A DNA stretch of 64,000 nucleotides, from the NCBI RefSeq assembly GCF_006345805.1, contig NC_042997.1, positions 90,892,001-90,956,000 on the forward strand, in the 5' to 3' direction. Within the stretch, counting starts at the first letter, position 1. Each line of letters begins with the position of its first letter. The position numbers and the translations under genes are program-made. This document shows, piece by piece, positions 1 through 12,760 of the stretch. The stretch comes from Octopus sinensis. Lineage: Eukaryota. The notes below the pieces were generated by a model. That model was not told where the DNA came from, did no database searches, and saw only the letters and a program-made list of their open reading frames with translations.

Positions 1-36
1 AACCCTATAATGGAGGCGTAAAAGCTTAATCGGAAG

Positions 37-740
37 CTTTCTGCTGTCGTCAATATTTGTGGTGTTATTTGAGTTTAATTGTATTCATTAAAATGTTTCG
101 AGGTCTAGCGATCAATGCAACCTTCAGAGATGTACAGTTTATAGGTGGTTGTGGTTCTTGAACACCACCTGGTCCTTAGTTGCTTTTAGCGAAATTCGGA
201 GCAAATTCTATTTCCTTCCTCGTCACTTTTTTTTTTATCCCTGCTAGAATTGGGACGTCCTGCAAGTTTTGCTCTTTTGGGAATCATTTAAAATTGGATC
301 TTTGTTTTTTAATATATTCTTCATCAAATGAGCTGCTTCAGTTTGAATGCCGTTTTTGATCTAAATCCACTTAACCTTCAAAAAACTTTTTGTTTTTTTA
401 AATACTACAAAATGATTTTGAATAAATTATTTCCATTTCCTCCACGCGTGCACACACACTTCTGTGAGCCACAGCTGTCTTTCATCAATGCTGCAAGTCA
501 CGTGAAGAGCATGTGGTCTTCAGTAAAGTGATGCAATGAAGTAGAAAATTGAATGCATTATAGGACATACGCTTTACACTTGTCTTGGGGTTTTTTTTAT
601 GTTGAGTGACTTTTAATTGCAAACACCATAATGTTTTCATTTTTTTTTTTTCATTGTAGACGTAATTGGTATAGAAAAAGAATCTGTGAATGACTAAGCA
701 ATAATGAAATATCTTTAAATAAAATTGAAATGTTTAAGTT
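37..740 (+). other. Putative compact spliced transcription unit (possible 5'TOP / snoRNA-host gene with a short ORF)
   Basis: CpG-rich start with pyrimidine run CTTTCT at 37, ATG at 93, donor AG|GT at 144/145, strong poly-T acceptor TAG at 659 (alternative at 247), in-frame stop at 695-697 and AATAAA at 718-723. The spliced ORF would be 29 aa (MFRGLAINATFRDVQFIDVIGIEKESVND); no homologue recognised. Confidence 0.3.
449..628 (+). ncRNA. Candidate intronic H/ACA-like RNA
   Basis: Imperfect hairpin 449-535, H-box-like AGAAAA 543-548, second hairpin ~554-621, ACA at 623-625. Folded by eye only. Confidence 0.22.
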
Positions 741-1124
741 CTGCTATTGCTCAAAACATTCTGGATTTCATTTATGTTTCATTTGGCAGCCAGTGTAATT
801 AGTTGGTATATAGCATGTTTAAGTGTTCGTTACACATTTTACCTGGAATTGTGCTCCTTAGACTAGGTATTAAATGTTTATGAAATCATTAAGATTTGTT
901 GGATCTTTTATGTTGCTATTGATGTTACACTTATTGTTCTCTCTCTCTCTATCATTTATGATTTCTAAAAGTGTGCATAAGACTAGTTTCAACCTGTTTT
1001 TATTATTTATCGATGGTTAATACCTTGAGAGAGGTATTAATACCATGGAAGAGTAGCTCTAAAATGCACCACAAAGTCTAGATATTTTGCTGACAAGGGC
1101 TAAATTGCATAAGCTGTACTATTT

Positions 1125-2334
1125 CTTGGTGTGTCAATGGAATGAATAAAAGCTGAGTGTGAAACTTTTTCTGAATCTTAATATCAGAACTATAGTCAGA
1201 TGCCTACACTGATAAAAACCATCAGCTTCAATATTTTTTTTTATGGTAGAGCTGCAATATTTAAATTATGCTCTGAGGTCAAGTGCCTGAGTCAATGAAA
1301 CTGACTGAAACCCTTCCCCTCTAAATTTTATATCTTCCAAGGTTAAATTATAATTGCTCTTCCTGAATGATTAGTTAGGAAAAGCACATCAAAGAAATAA
1401 TGTCTTTGTTACATGGGGATATAATGATATGGATGATGGTGAATTTTTTTTTTTTTTTATGTAAAGGTACGTATAACGATTAAATTCATTAGAAATCAAA
1501 ATAAAGAACATTTTCAGCACAACAACAATCAAGAGAATCCTAACTATTCTGGTTGTGTTGACCTTTGCTGTTTGTGGAGAAATTTCTCAGACTGAGGGGG
1601 TCAAGCAAGTTATCTAAGAACATCATTTTCATGTATTGCTGACACACTTTTCATAATGGCATTGACCAGTCTTGAGTGACCCAAAGTCATTCACAAAAAA
1701 GACTTAAGGTTTATTACTACCTTAATGGTACAATATTTGTATATTTCTTCATGCAAATTTCATTATTTTGCCATCTACATGTTTTCTTGCTATTGTTTTA
1801 AGCAAGTAATCTAATGCAGGAAGGCAGCAATTGCTGTACATACAATAATGAAAGGCACTACACTTTCTTCCATTAAATCTTGATCAGATAATTTGTCAGC
1901 TCCACCATGAAAATAAGTCAATATTCATGATCTTCAAGAACAACTGAACAACAAAGAAGCATTGAAATGTTATATCACTATCACAATAATGTTTGCACAG
2001 TCTTTGTTAGCAAAGATTTTGCTGTTAGTTGTTACTTAATAGACCTGGATTTAAAATGGGACTGCTACATGGTTGAGGAAGTCCACTGTCTGCATCCAGT
2101 TAGTGTTGAAAGTCTCTTGAATTCTGCAAGAGAGACCAGAAGCACTTATCCAAATCATTTAACCTATCTGTGCAATTCTCTATAAACATTGAATCTGTCA
2201 ACAAACCTGTAGATATGAAAGTGTTCTTTTAGTATATATGATTATCACAGTGTAGACATCTGACTATAATTCTGATATTAAGATTCAGAAAAGGTTTCAC
2301 ACTCAGTTTTTATTCATTCCATTGACACACCAAG
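1125..2334. mobile_element. Non-autonomous DNA transposon / foldback element with 87-bp inverted repeats
   Basis: 1125-1211 is the reverse complement of 2248-2334 (83/87 identical); ~1 kb interior with no recognisable ORF. Confidence 0.65.
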
Positions 2335-2635
2335 GAACGTGAAGTTTTAAATAGGTCTGTTTTCAAACTGAAATTAAAACAAAGTAATACTTTGGGCATT
2401 TGGCAATTGCCATAAAAGTCAAAATGAAAAATTAGGGAAATGTTTTGTTTTTGTTTTTGTTTTTTTATGTATATGCATGTAAGGTAATAAAAGCCGTAAT
2501 GTTTTGGGTGGCAAGATATTGATAGGTCAACAAACTTGGAATTAATGAGAGTCAGAGGTCACCAAATGTCTTCTAATACATTTGTTACAAATATTTTCAA
2601 GGGTATAAACAAAAGCTGGTTGTCAAGTGATGATG

Positions 2636-2810
2636 GGGAACAAAAATACAAAGACACACAAACATATGGCTTCCACACAGTTTCCTTCTACCAAATTTTA
2701 CTTGGCATTGGTCACCTGAAGGCTATACTGGCAGACACTTGTTTGAAGTGCTGTGTAGTGGAAAGGAACTGCAAACCATGTGGTTGCAAAGCAAGCTTCT
2801 TAACCATGTA
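2636..2810 (-). mobile_element. SINE family A fragment (degenerate)
   Basis: Similar to the reverse complement of the SINE at 41655-42083. Confidence 0.7.
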
Positions 2811-2914
2811 ACCAAAAACAACAAATTTATTTTTAAAATTCATTGAAATACTCATCTGATTTTATTCATACATGCAATACCGTTTCTTCAACAACTTTCT
2901 CTTTCACTAAACTA

Positions 2915-3490
2915 TAGGGTGGCCACAAAGTCATGCACTGTTGGCCACCTAGTACAGAATTTAAAATTGCGATGAACCCTCTCAAATAGCTCTTCATTGA
3001 TCTGTTCACATGTTTCAACAATCCTTTGAAGATGTCCTTAGTCATAAATCTTCTCAGAATACTCGAGGGATGTGATATATTCTCAGAAAACGTCTATGGG
3101 TGTTAAATCTGGTGACTGGTGCCCATTCAATTGGCCTGGATAAAATTCATTCACGAACTTGTAATGCATAATGGAGCGGAGCCCCATCCTGAAACCGGAC
3201 ACGATTTCCCCTTCCAAGTGAATGCACATGAGGCATCATCTTGTTGCCAAGCATGTCCAAATATGAATCACCTGTCACAGAGTCCTCAAATTAAAATGGT
3301 CCTATTACTTGGTTGTGCCAAATCCCGCACCACACCATTACCTCTCCTCCCCTCCCCCCGCCTTGATTATCAGCCTCCATCCAGTGAGGATTGGTTTGTG
3401 AGTAATATTGGCAGTTGTAAAAAGAGTTTAAAAAACAATGTTAGCAATTTCACGTATTGCAGGGTGGTGCATGACTTTATGGTCACCCAT
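2915..3490 (-). mobile_element. Internally deleted Tc1/mariner DNA transposon
   Basis: 22-bp TIRs GGGTGGCCACAAAGTCATGCAC (2917-2938) and complement (3467-3488). Minus-strand transposase relics WQQDDA (cf. FQQDGA) and EWAP-SPDLTPIDVF (cf. WPPRSPDLTPLDF). Confidence 0.8.
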
Positions 3491-4353
3491 TATGGACATT
3501 TTCCTTTGTGAAGCATTTGTTTACAGACACTATTTTCTTCACCACAAAAATTATTCCACAATTTAAGTCACAAAACAACTGTAAACTGATTAGTCTCAGT
3601 AGAATGTATGAGAAATGTTCATATTATACTGTTCAGTTTCTAAGAGAATTATGCAAGGTAAACCATGCCTACTAACACTAAACCTATAAGTATTACTAGA
3701 TATGAAAGTAAATGTCTAATTTAATGCATGAAATTCAATGTATAATTCGGTAAAAGGCTACTACTTTTCAAACCTAATTACATATATATATGGCATAACA
3801 TAATTAAGTCCATATGCCATTGATTAAATTTTATAATACATTTAGATATAGTGTAATAAAAACAAAATGAATTCTGCTTTTTCTCTCAGTGTCTGTACAG
3901 TGAGGAGTGTGTCCATTGCATCTTTATTTGCTTCTGTTGATTTAATTTTTAGAGACATTTCATTTCATGTAAGGATATAACATCCTACATTATAATAAAG
4001 TAATTGCAATGCATAGGTGTGGGTGTGTAACCATAATGCAATGATTGGTTAACTTACATTACACTACCAGCCCTTCCTACTTTCCACATATCACACCAAG
4101 CACCTCACCTTGGCCCTCTTTCCAAACAGTGGGAGGGAAGTTATGAGGAATAAAAGTAGGAAGAAGAAATGCATGTTAGAGTGGAGGAGTAAAATAAGAA
4201 GTATAAAACAATAAAATCAAAAATGTAAGAGGGAAAGAGAGTGAAGGGATGAAATAGCAGAAAATGAGAGTGAGTGCTATTACAGTTGCTGGTGTTTATC
4301 AAATATTTTTCTGCGTGTAAGGTGCTGTCAGTTGATACTGGTGTTCAGTCGTG

Positions 4354-4573
4354 TTAACCTTCTTGCATTCACATTACTCTGTCAAACGTATTTATTCATA
4401 TTGATGTGAATTAATCCTGCATTATCTCATAGCTTTGAAATGTTGATGACCCGATTGTTTATCTTTTGAATGACATTGTAGGGTAGGTGTGAGAAGGCAG
4501 ACCTGGTCAGTCTGAACAAAAGCAGATGGAATATTTAGGCTGGATGTAACCAGTTTAAATGCTAAAGGGTTAA
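4354..4573. mobile_element. piggyBac-like MITE
   Basis: TTAACC...AAAGGGTTAA ends (TTAA target site); second copy at 53537-53756. Confidence 0.7.
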
Positions 4574-5261
4574 AGCAATAAATACTTGATGGACAACCAG
4601 ATTATGAAGGAGCTTCTATATAGTTGTTCAAACTTCAAGAAATGATGGCCAAATCACTACCATTTTAATTGATATACAAAAAAAATGGGATGGTCATGGA
4701 ACAACTAAGTTTACTTCAAAATCAATGAAAAGGCCTCTGTGCACTCACTTGACCTACTACAAGTAGCCAAATTTCTCTCAAATCACACTCTTATTGCATT
4801 AAATTAGGAAACAATACATTGAACAATTTAGTCTTACATGGACAAAAAAGAGTCAAGATAGTCATGACTGGAATATCATTAATTGTTAATCTGGTGATAA
4901 GCAACCAGGTTTACTTAGATACTTAGTAACAGTTTTTACCATCAACATAGCTAATCATCATATGGGATATGTATATATTATAATACACACGAACACATAA
5001 AACTCTGTGAGTTGTTGCTTTGAGTTCCTCATTCCTCGTCTTTAAACAACTTGTGTTTATAGTCATTTAAGCTTGTGCATTTATCTGTCAATTGGATCTG
5101 ATCAAGTGACCCTGAAAACAACATGAGCATTGGCTGCACGCAATGACAGGTGAGAATGAGTGCAGAGAAAGAATAGAGAAATGAGAATAGGAAAGAAAAC
5201 AAAAAGTAATGGATATGGGTTCAGAAATTTTAGTAGATAAATACATATCCATTTGATCTCT

Positions 5262-5555
5262 TTCTTTTACTTATTTCAGTCATTTGACTGGAGCACCACC
5301 TTAAAATGTTTTAGTTAAAGAAATTGACCCCAGGACTTGTATTTTGTAAGCTTTGCTAAGTTACAGGGACATAAACACACCAACATTGGTTGTCAAGCAA
5401 TGGTGAGGGAACAAACACAAATATATATATATACGATGGGCTTCTTTAAGTTTCTGTCTACAAAGTCTACTTACAAGGCTATAGTAAAAGACACTTGCTC
5501 AAAATGCCATGCAATGGGACTGAACCCAGAACCATGTGGTTGAGAAGCAGGCTTA
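5262..5555 (-). mobile_element. SINE family A
   Basis: Tail TTTCAGTCATTTGACTG, internal (TA)n, head GGGACTGAACCCAGAACCATGTGG. Confidence 0.8.
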
Positions 5556-5904
5556 CATTTTAACATTGTAATTAGTTGCTCTCAAATTGTCCTTACAAAG
5601 ACCAGTGGAATAAATTCTCTTTATTTGAAAAACAGATAAGAGTTGGCAACTAGAAGGGCATCTGGCTATAAAATGCTGCTTAAAATTGATTTTATCTAAG
5701 TCATGATAAGCATGGACAATAAGTGAAAAGTTTATATACACAAGTACCATTTATAACATAAATTGGTATGTGTGACTGTATCCACAAAAGTGTATTACTC
5801 ATACTGAACATTTTTATAACATTTATTTTGATGTGTATAGTACGAATGTGCTTGAATAATATTCAGATAATTTTCACTTTCCTCGGCTGATCGAGAAATT
5901 AATT

Positions 5905-6095
5905 TTTTGTAACTAAACACTTTCAAACTTTGGACACTGGTAGAATGTGTCATATAGAACATCTTTTACTCTTAGTGTTGTTGAGAAAAGTTTCTATTTA
6001 CGAAGTTATTTCGTGTTAAAGTTGTATTTCGGTTATTTCAACCAATCAATGACGTGTATTCAGTTGAATAAAATTACTGCTGTTGTTTGTCACTG
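5905..6095 (+). repeat. Dispersed repeat, probably DNA-transposon derived
   Basis: Diverged second copy at ~32298-32472 (AACTAAA..TTTCAAACTT..GGTAGAAT..GTTAAAGTTGTATTT..ATCAATGAC). Confidence 0.7.
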
Positions 6096-6830
6096 TTATT
6101 TATGACATCGTTCGTGCGTTTGTACTGATTTTAGGGTTACAGTTACGGGGGGAAAAAAGTGAAAAATGAAGAAATTGGAGGTGTTGTACGGGGACAAAAA
6201 AATTTCAAAATTCCGATTTGGGGGAATTTTCCGGAATCTCCGTATCCTAAAAGCTGAGGTTTTGGCAAAAAAAAAGTTTTTTAAACAATTTGCGAGAAAA
6301 TGAGGGGAGTGACGGGAGGAAGTCTTTCCGAAAATAGTAGCTGAAAAACAACCTAAAAAGCAGTAGAAATGCACGAATTATTTTATTATAGAAACCAAAT
6401 ATTATTAGAGTATTAAGTAGAGTGATAGGGTCCTATGCAAGAAGTACTAACTGCACCAACTAGGTAAACTGGTCTGAAACCTTTTTATCAATAATCATAA
6501 TAAAGTCAGTTCGATCAAGTTTGACCTTATTTAACAAGAACAAAGTACCAGTCAAGTATTGAAGCAGATTAAGCAAACTACATCTTTTCTCTAATTTATG
6601 TCTTGTGCCGATGTTAGACATCATCATTATTCTGTGCAGAATTGGTAGAACTGCAGGCAAATGCCATGTGAAATGTAATTGCTTTCATAATGCAAGGCTC
6701 GATGAAATAAGTACTTGTCAAATACTGAGATCGATTTAATTATTCTCGTTTCCACCAGATCAGGGGTTTGTGCCAACTTCATTATTATAATCACCCTACA
6801 GGGCGTTGTAATTTTAACACATCAGTACAT

Positions 6831-6894
6831 GAATACGCACACCACCCGTTTTCGGCCTAACCCTAAACGCCGAAAACGAGTAGTGTGCGTATTC
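6831..6894 (-). other. 26-bp stem hairpin with telomeric loop
   Basis: Arms 6831-6856 and 6869-6894 match at 24/26; both mismatches become G-U pairs on the minus strand. Loop CTAACCCTAAAC. Confidence 0.85.
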
Positions 6895-6992
6895 TTTACC
6901 TTCGCCGGAGAATAAAACTCAGAGACAAATACGACACAAGTATTGAATTGAGTAAGGATTTAAATTTTAATTAAAGTTTAACTCTGGTTGCC

Positions 6993-7055
6993 ATGTTACC
7001 TAAAATAAATAGTTCAAGTAAAAAAGACGAGCTCACACAAGAGTATGAAAAAATA
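6993..7055 (+). CDS. Possible first coding exon of an unidentified gene (MLPKINSSSKKDELTQEYEKI)
   Basis: GCCATG context, 21 open codons, consensus donor GTGAGT at 7056, CpG-rich upstream region; downstream exons not identified. Confidence 0.25.
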
Positions 7056-7422
7056 GTGAGTTTATTACTATGCTATAATTTCCATATAACATTCCTTTGT
7101 CACTTCTGTTTCACACACTATTCAGTTACAATGTGAACTCTTTAATTTCTACTCCATTTGGTTCATTGGACAGATATTCAAGTATAACGTATCTTAGCAA
7201 AAATGAAGTCAACTTTCAAAAGTGGATCTAAACCTCCCTTACTTTCTCTTACTCTATTTCTCTGGTTTATTTTATTTTAGTGACAATTTATTTTGTTTTT
7301 TGTCAGTTTTCTCTTAACATTATTTCGTATTTCTCATTTACTTTTTACGAGTAATATAAGTATTTTATTCATCTGGTTGTCATGGACATTACGTGTGCAA
7401 TCCGCAATTTACAGAACAAATA

Positions 7423-7756
7423 TAAACAAGAACACTGAGAGCGCAAACCTCCGCCAAGGTAACGATTAGCCAGAGATGATTTTTAAAATGAGAATATCTG
7501 AAATAAACTCGACTGTTTTCACAAACAGGAATGCTAAAGATAAATTCGACCGCTCTCAAAAATTAAGTTAAAAAAAAAACAGGAAAATAATCCAGAATCC
7601 TTGTCCGGTAATGGATCAATCCCAAAATCCAATCAGTTCGTGTCAGTCACAAGGCTTCATCAGAATCCATCCAGCGGTTCTTGAGATATCCTGTTCACGG
7701 GCAAACAAACACAACTGAAAACAGTACCTCCACCTTACTTCGCTTAAGCAGAGGTA
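7423..7756 (+). mobile_element. Non-autonomous Helentron/HINE-like element
   Basis: Subterminal ACCTCCGCC repeated near both ends and terminal hairpin TACCTC..GAGGTA. Confidence 0.45.
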
Positions 7757-8601
7757 GAAAATACAGCGGCATCGAACCTTATTATGTTGTTATTTATCCA
7801 TTAGTCATACCTGAGCATACCTATGACCAAAGACACTCCGTCCGTGAGCATTCCACATTTCTAGGTGATTTTGGACATATACTAGTGTTCCTTCGGTTTA
7901 TATTCACAAACTACAACCAATTGAAGTAGAGAAATTACGTAAGAAATCGGCATTAAATGAATGTATGAAGGTTACCTGATTTATGTGTATAACGATATAC
8001 AATCCGAGTGTCCAAATGATTGATTTAAGATGAAATCTCCGAGTGACTGTTTATGAAAGATGATTTAATATAAAATGAAAATGAATATCCGAATGATGTA
8101 TTATAAAAAGTGCGAATGATTTTTTTTTTTATGAAAGATCAATAATTATGAGTTGAAAGGAATATATGAATGATTTATTAGTGAATTGTAAAAACAAAAA
8201 TATTCAACTTTGTGCGTAAATTTACAGAGATTGCTGAATAGAGTCAAATCAAACTAACTTTATAGTCTGTAATCATAAACCGAAAGAATACCTTATATAT
8301 TAACGTTCGTTTCCTTTAAGTTTATATAACATATTTGAGAGATTTAGCTGTTATTTCTAGAAGTTAGCAACTATGTAGAGTTTCCCTTATTGATTCGACT
8401 CAAGCAACTATTTCGTGAGTTGACACAATTTATCTTAATCAATTCGTTTAGGAGTTGGTAGTAGACACTACAAGATCCACCAATTCGATAGTTGCTGACT
8501 CACCTTATCCATAATAAAGTAAACGTTAAAAAGAACTCTCTTTCTTTCTTCATGTGTTATACAGCAAAAAGGTTGTGGACCTTAATGCTAAGATGTGAAG
8601 G

Positions 8602-9166
8602 GAATCTTTTGTTTGGCTGCACCTGTGGAAATTTTTAAGTTTAGTGAAAATTTTGAAATTTGTGTATTGATGTAATTTTCCAAGCTGAATCTCAGGAGAT
8701 AATCCAGAAAAAATATATTTTTGAAGTAACAGGGATTTACAGTTTGATCATTTTTTGGAATTTTCAGAAAATTTTTGCAAATTTATATTCTACGCACGAG
8801 AATTCATATGATTATGCAAAAAAAAAATCGTACGTGATTTAAGGCTACCTATTTAGCTGTTATTTTTAGCACATGTCATGATCACCTCATAACGCATGTG
8901 TTTTAAGCATAATAAGCGATAAAAAAAACGTGATAAGCAGCTTGGTAACAGTTTGGTTTATTACTATGGAAACAGGCATCGGTTTGTCTATGATTTTCAG
9001 TTGGTTAAAATTACCCAAAATTTACAAACTTCAAAATCTATTAACTCGTTATTTATTGATTTATGACGAAAATGAATTTCATGACTTTACAAAACTACAC
9101 CAATACACCAAATATGAAATCAATTGGAACAAAAATTGAAAAGTGGCAGCCAAACAGAAAAGATTC
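8602..9166. mobile_element. MITE
   Basis: Imperfect TIRs GAATCTTTT(CT)GTTTGGCTGC / GCAGCCAAACAGAAAAGATTC. Confidence 0.6.
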
Positions 9167-10120
9167 TGTGAAGGTTCATGGCTTTTCTTGAGAAATTTAC
9201 TGCAGTGCTTTCTGCATTCTGCCAGTTTATTTACAGCTTATTCTATTAGTTACCTGCTCTCCCAGCTTACCTTTGAGTGATAAGTTTACATGACATCAAG
9301 GTATGTCCACACACTGTTGGCCCTAATTAACTCATATCTCAGAGGCCCAGCTTTCCTCTGAGTTTTGTATCCATTAGTTATAGGAACAGCTATTTGAACT
9401 ATAACAGGGCCCTGTGACACATACTACAACCCCTAGATACAGAGGGCCTGAGAGCAGCCTCACATTGGGAATAACTGACATACAGGTTCTTTCATTGGCT
9501 TGTGTAGCCAATGTTCTGTAGAGCATGAGGTCCCTAACCACCAGGTCATGGAATTCTTTTGATACCGGACCACATAGAATAATTTTTTTTATTTTATTCA
9601 CTATCACAATCTGCAGGATGTTTTTAGAATATATATGTAATTATAAAATTATTTGTTATGCACATGATCCCCCAGTCCATGGTGAAATTGTCTTGCATGA
9701 AACTAGTCTGTGATGCCAAAACATTGGGGGATCACTGTTGTACAATGTCTCTCTCTCTCTCTCCATGTTCAGATGATTCTCCATATTTAGCCATGTCTGT
9801 AATATTTGAATGTTTTTAAGAGATAATCTTCCCAATGCCAACCATTGCTCTATATTGTTTTGAAGAGATGAGTTTATATAAAATTGACTCAAATAAATAA
9901 TAATGCCTGTCTAAGGATAGAAAACAATCTTCTGTAAGTCTTGAGTTTATGTCCAATTGGCAATTTTTTAGATATTTTTCCATCATCATTTTATTGTCTA
10001 CTTTTCTATGTTCTGTAGATCAGAACAAGTTTTACTCTTTCAGGCTCAAGCTTTAAAAATCATTTGCCTAAAGAAGAAGAAAGATTTGGTGAAAATTGAC
10101 AAGATATAGATACAGAAGAT

Positions 10121-10295
10121 AGGCACAGACATGGCTCTGTGGTAAGAAGCTTGCTTCCCTGTCATGTGGTCTTGGGTTCAATCCCACTGTGCAGTACCTT
10201 GGGCAGATATCTTCCACTATAGTCCCTGGCCAACCAAAGCCTTGTGAGTAAATTTGGTATACAGAAACTAAAAGAAGACTATTATGATTATATGT
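10121..10295 (+). mobile_element. SINE family A, 5' half
   Basis: Pol III A/B-box head (TGGCTCTGTGG..GGGTTCAATCCC) plus CCAAAGCCTTGTGAGT core. Confidence 0.8.
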
Positions 10296-12442
10296 ATATA
10301 TACAATTAGCCAACATAGCATGTTATTTGCATTCTACCCTACAATGTCCAAATACCTGCTTATAAAATGATTTCGGCTTTTTATAGTTTCAGGTCTTGAC
10401 AATGTATAAAGCACAGTACTGGTGACAGGAAACAAACTCCTTAGCTCTTTTTCTGTTATCAGTCATCTACTGCTGGTACTTTTTAAATTAGAAGTTCATA
10501 ATTAAACAAATTCCTTTACTGTGTCCCATATCAGATTACTTGATCTTTTACAAGAAAGTCATTAATTAGACTTATTCTTATTAATTAATACTATTTGCTT
10601 ATTTTATCTCATTTTCAGTATGTTTAAAATCATTTTCTTCTTTCACTCTTCCTTTTTGAGTTTTATCTCTCTCTTAAGAAGTTAAGCTCACTAATTACCC
10701 AGTGGAATTATAAATTAAAAATTAATCCTGAAGGCCTAAGTGTAAATAGGTATAATGAAGCTTCTGCAATTAACTAGGATGAATTGCAATTGCAAATTAA
10801 GGATCATTCATGTTAGTTGCTTGCCTTGCTAATGTAGCAAACAAATTTTAATATTAATCTTTGACAGTTGCACCACATGTTGTAAGTCAAAGCTGTTATA
10901 ACAACATACACACCACAACTTCGGAAAGCTAAATATAAATTACTAACCTACAATCTTTATATAAAACTTAATACAATAGGTAAATTTAGAAATTATAAGC
11001 TGTTCACCAACTTCTATTTCTGGGCTCAAATATTGCTATTATTGAGTATATCTTTCTTATTTTTAGCCTCTTTTGGTTTTATAAAATTTATGTGTTTAAC
11101 TTCAAAAAAATTATACCATACAAGTTTGTGTACTCAGACTTCTTTTAATAATCCTGTGATTGCTTTTGCTATAGTTCAGTGTTTACCAACATCTAATTGG
11201 TTGAAAAGAAAGTTCAAAATTAGCTTGATTGCACTTATATATGAATTTCTTGCTGAAAGAAATAAACATTAATAAATCTGTAGTAATGTATAGATAAATG
11301 TTAATAAAAGTCCCCCTAATTTAGATTTGCTACATTTATAATTGAACAGAGTAAATGAGTGATTTGTAATATTTACATATCTATACTTGACAACATTAAA
11401 CAACCAGATATCCAACAAGACATTTCATGGTAGAAATTGCAGGTCTAGTTTTATTAAATGGTGTGTTTCATCTTTACCAAAATGCAGCTTGTGAGTTCAG
11501 AAGAGCAGAAGTAGTGATAGAAGATGTAGAGAAGAAACAGCATGTCCTTGAGTCAGTACACAGTGTGTTTGAGGTTTGGGATAATCAGCAAAGTGACTTG
11601 ACTTTATTTTGTATGTGGTCAAGGATATTTTGTTATCAAACAAATCTTTGCATTATGTGCAAAAGTGATTGTGCTTTGGTCATCATTGTTAGTGGTAATA
11701 ACCCCCCCCCCCCATTTTTCTCATAACTTGCTGTATACTATACAACTGTAGCTGCTCTGTAAGAACTATTCTGCCTCAGTGTACAATAACTATTATACTA
11801 TGCTGGTGTTAGCAAAATGTGTAGTAGATCAAGGTGATGTGGATGTCAGGCCAGAAGTCTTTTGTTTAAATTCACTGCAAGCACATTGATGAACATTGAA
11901 GTAAAATTTTTCATTTTATGTGCCTTAATTTCCCTCATCAGGAATAGTTACCAGACTGGTAATATAGGGTTCTTATCCAAGAGATATTTGTTGCTCACAT
12001 ATTAAGAAATCAGAGCTTTCTTGAGATATTTTAAACATTTATTTCTCTTATACCGTGTAAAGTTATCCTTTAAAAACTAAAAACACCTCCCCCTCTCTCT
12101 GTCACGTGCATATTCAAAACGAACAATCTAAGGCAGAACGTGCTGTACTATCAAAATTACTCAGCATGGTCATTACTGAGAACTCTTCTTGACTGATACT
12201 CTTCAGTTTTATCAAGAGCAAAAGTCAGATGTTTATACATACATATTTTTATGTGTTTCTTGTTTAATTTCAAAGTTTGTGTTTAATTCTGCCTATATTT
12301 AGATTGGATACTGTTTGAACATAAGGTAAATGTGTTTGAAAGTTGTGTTTTTTCCTTGGTATGTTTGTTCCCAAACAACACTTCTTTTAATGCTGCCCAG
12401 GTGTCGAAACTAACTTTAAAATTAAACTACAACAAGAAACGC

Positions 12443-12446
<4 letters not shown>

Positions 12447-12495
<49 letters not shown>

Positions 12496-12599
12496 ATTCA
12501 ATATCCGAAGGGCTGCTGACGATGGAGGTATGTTGGATTATTGGTATGGCTGTTTTTGTATATGTGGAATAGTGTTATAACACATCTTTTATATATATA

Positions 12600-12650
<51 letters not shown>

Positions 12651-12760
12651 ATAAACCTTTACATAAATAAATAACGTGAAATACACGAAGGGACGAACAT
12701 AAGAGACAGACGGGTCATTCAAAGCCTTCGTTCTTCAGTCAGAAACCGATTCCTCATCGC
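12447..12760. repeat. (TA)n microsatellites enclosing short Penelope-like modules
   Basis: Two long (TA)n blocks with interspersed CpG-containing ~100-bp segments; minus-strand CTGAAGA..GAA resembles a decayed hammerhead core. Confidence 0.5.

Noticed and set aside
1-628. Telomerase RNA starting at AACCCTA at the window edge and ending in the H/ACA-like domain
   Set aside because: The template is cut by the window edge and no convincing pseudoknot or P6.1 could be built; the splice signals fit a Pol II gene better. An Infernal search with metazoan TR models would settle it.
6801-7070. Telomerase RNA gene around CTAACCCTAA
   Set aside because: The template-like motif is locked in a 12-nt loop of a near-perfect hairpin; no pseudoknot, CR4/5 P6.1 or H/ACA domain is recognisable downstream.
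11427-11726. 99-aa ORF with protein-like N-terminal half
   Set aside because: No recognisable domain or supporting splice structure; possibly an old transposon relic.
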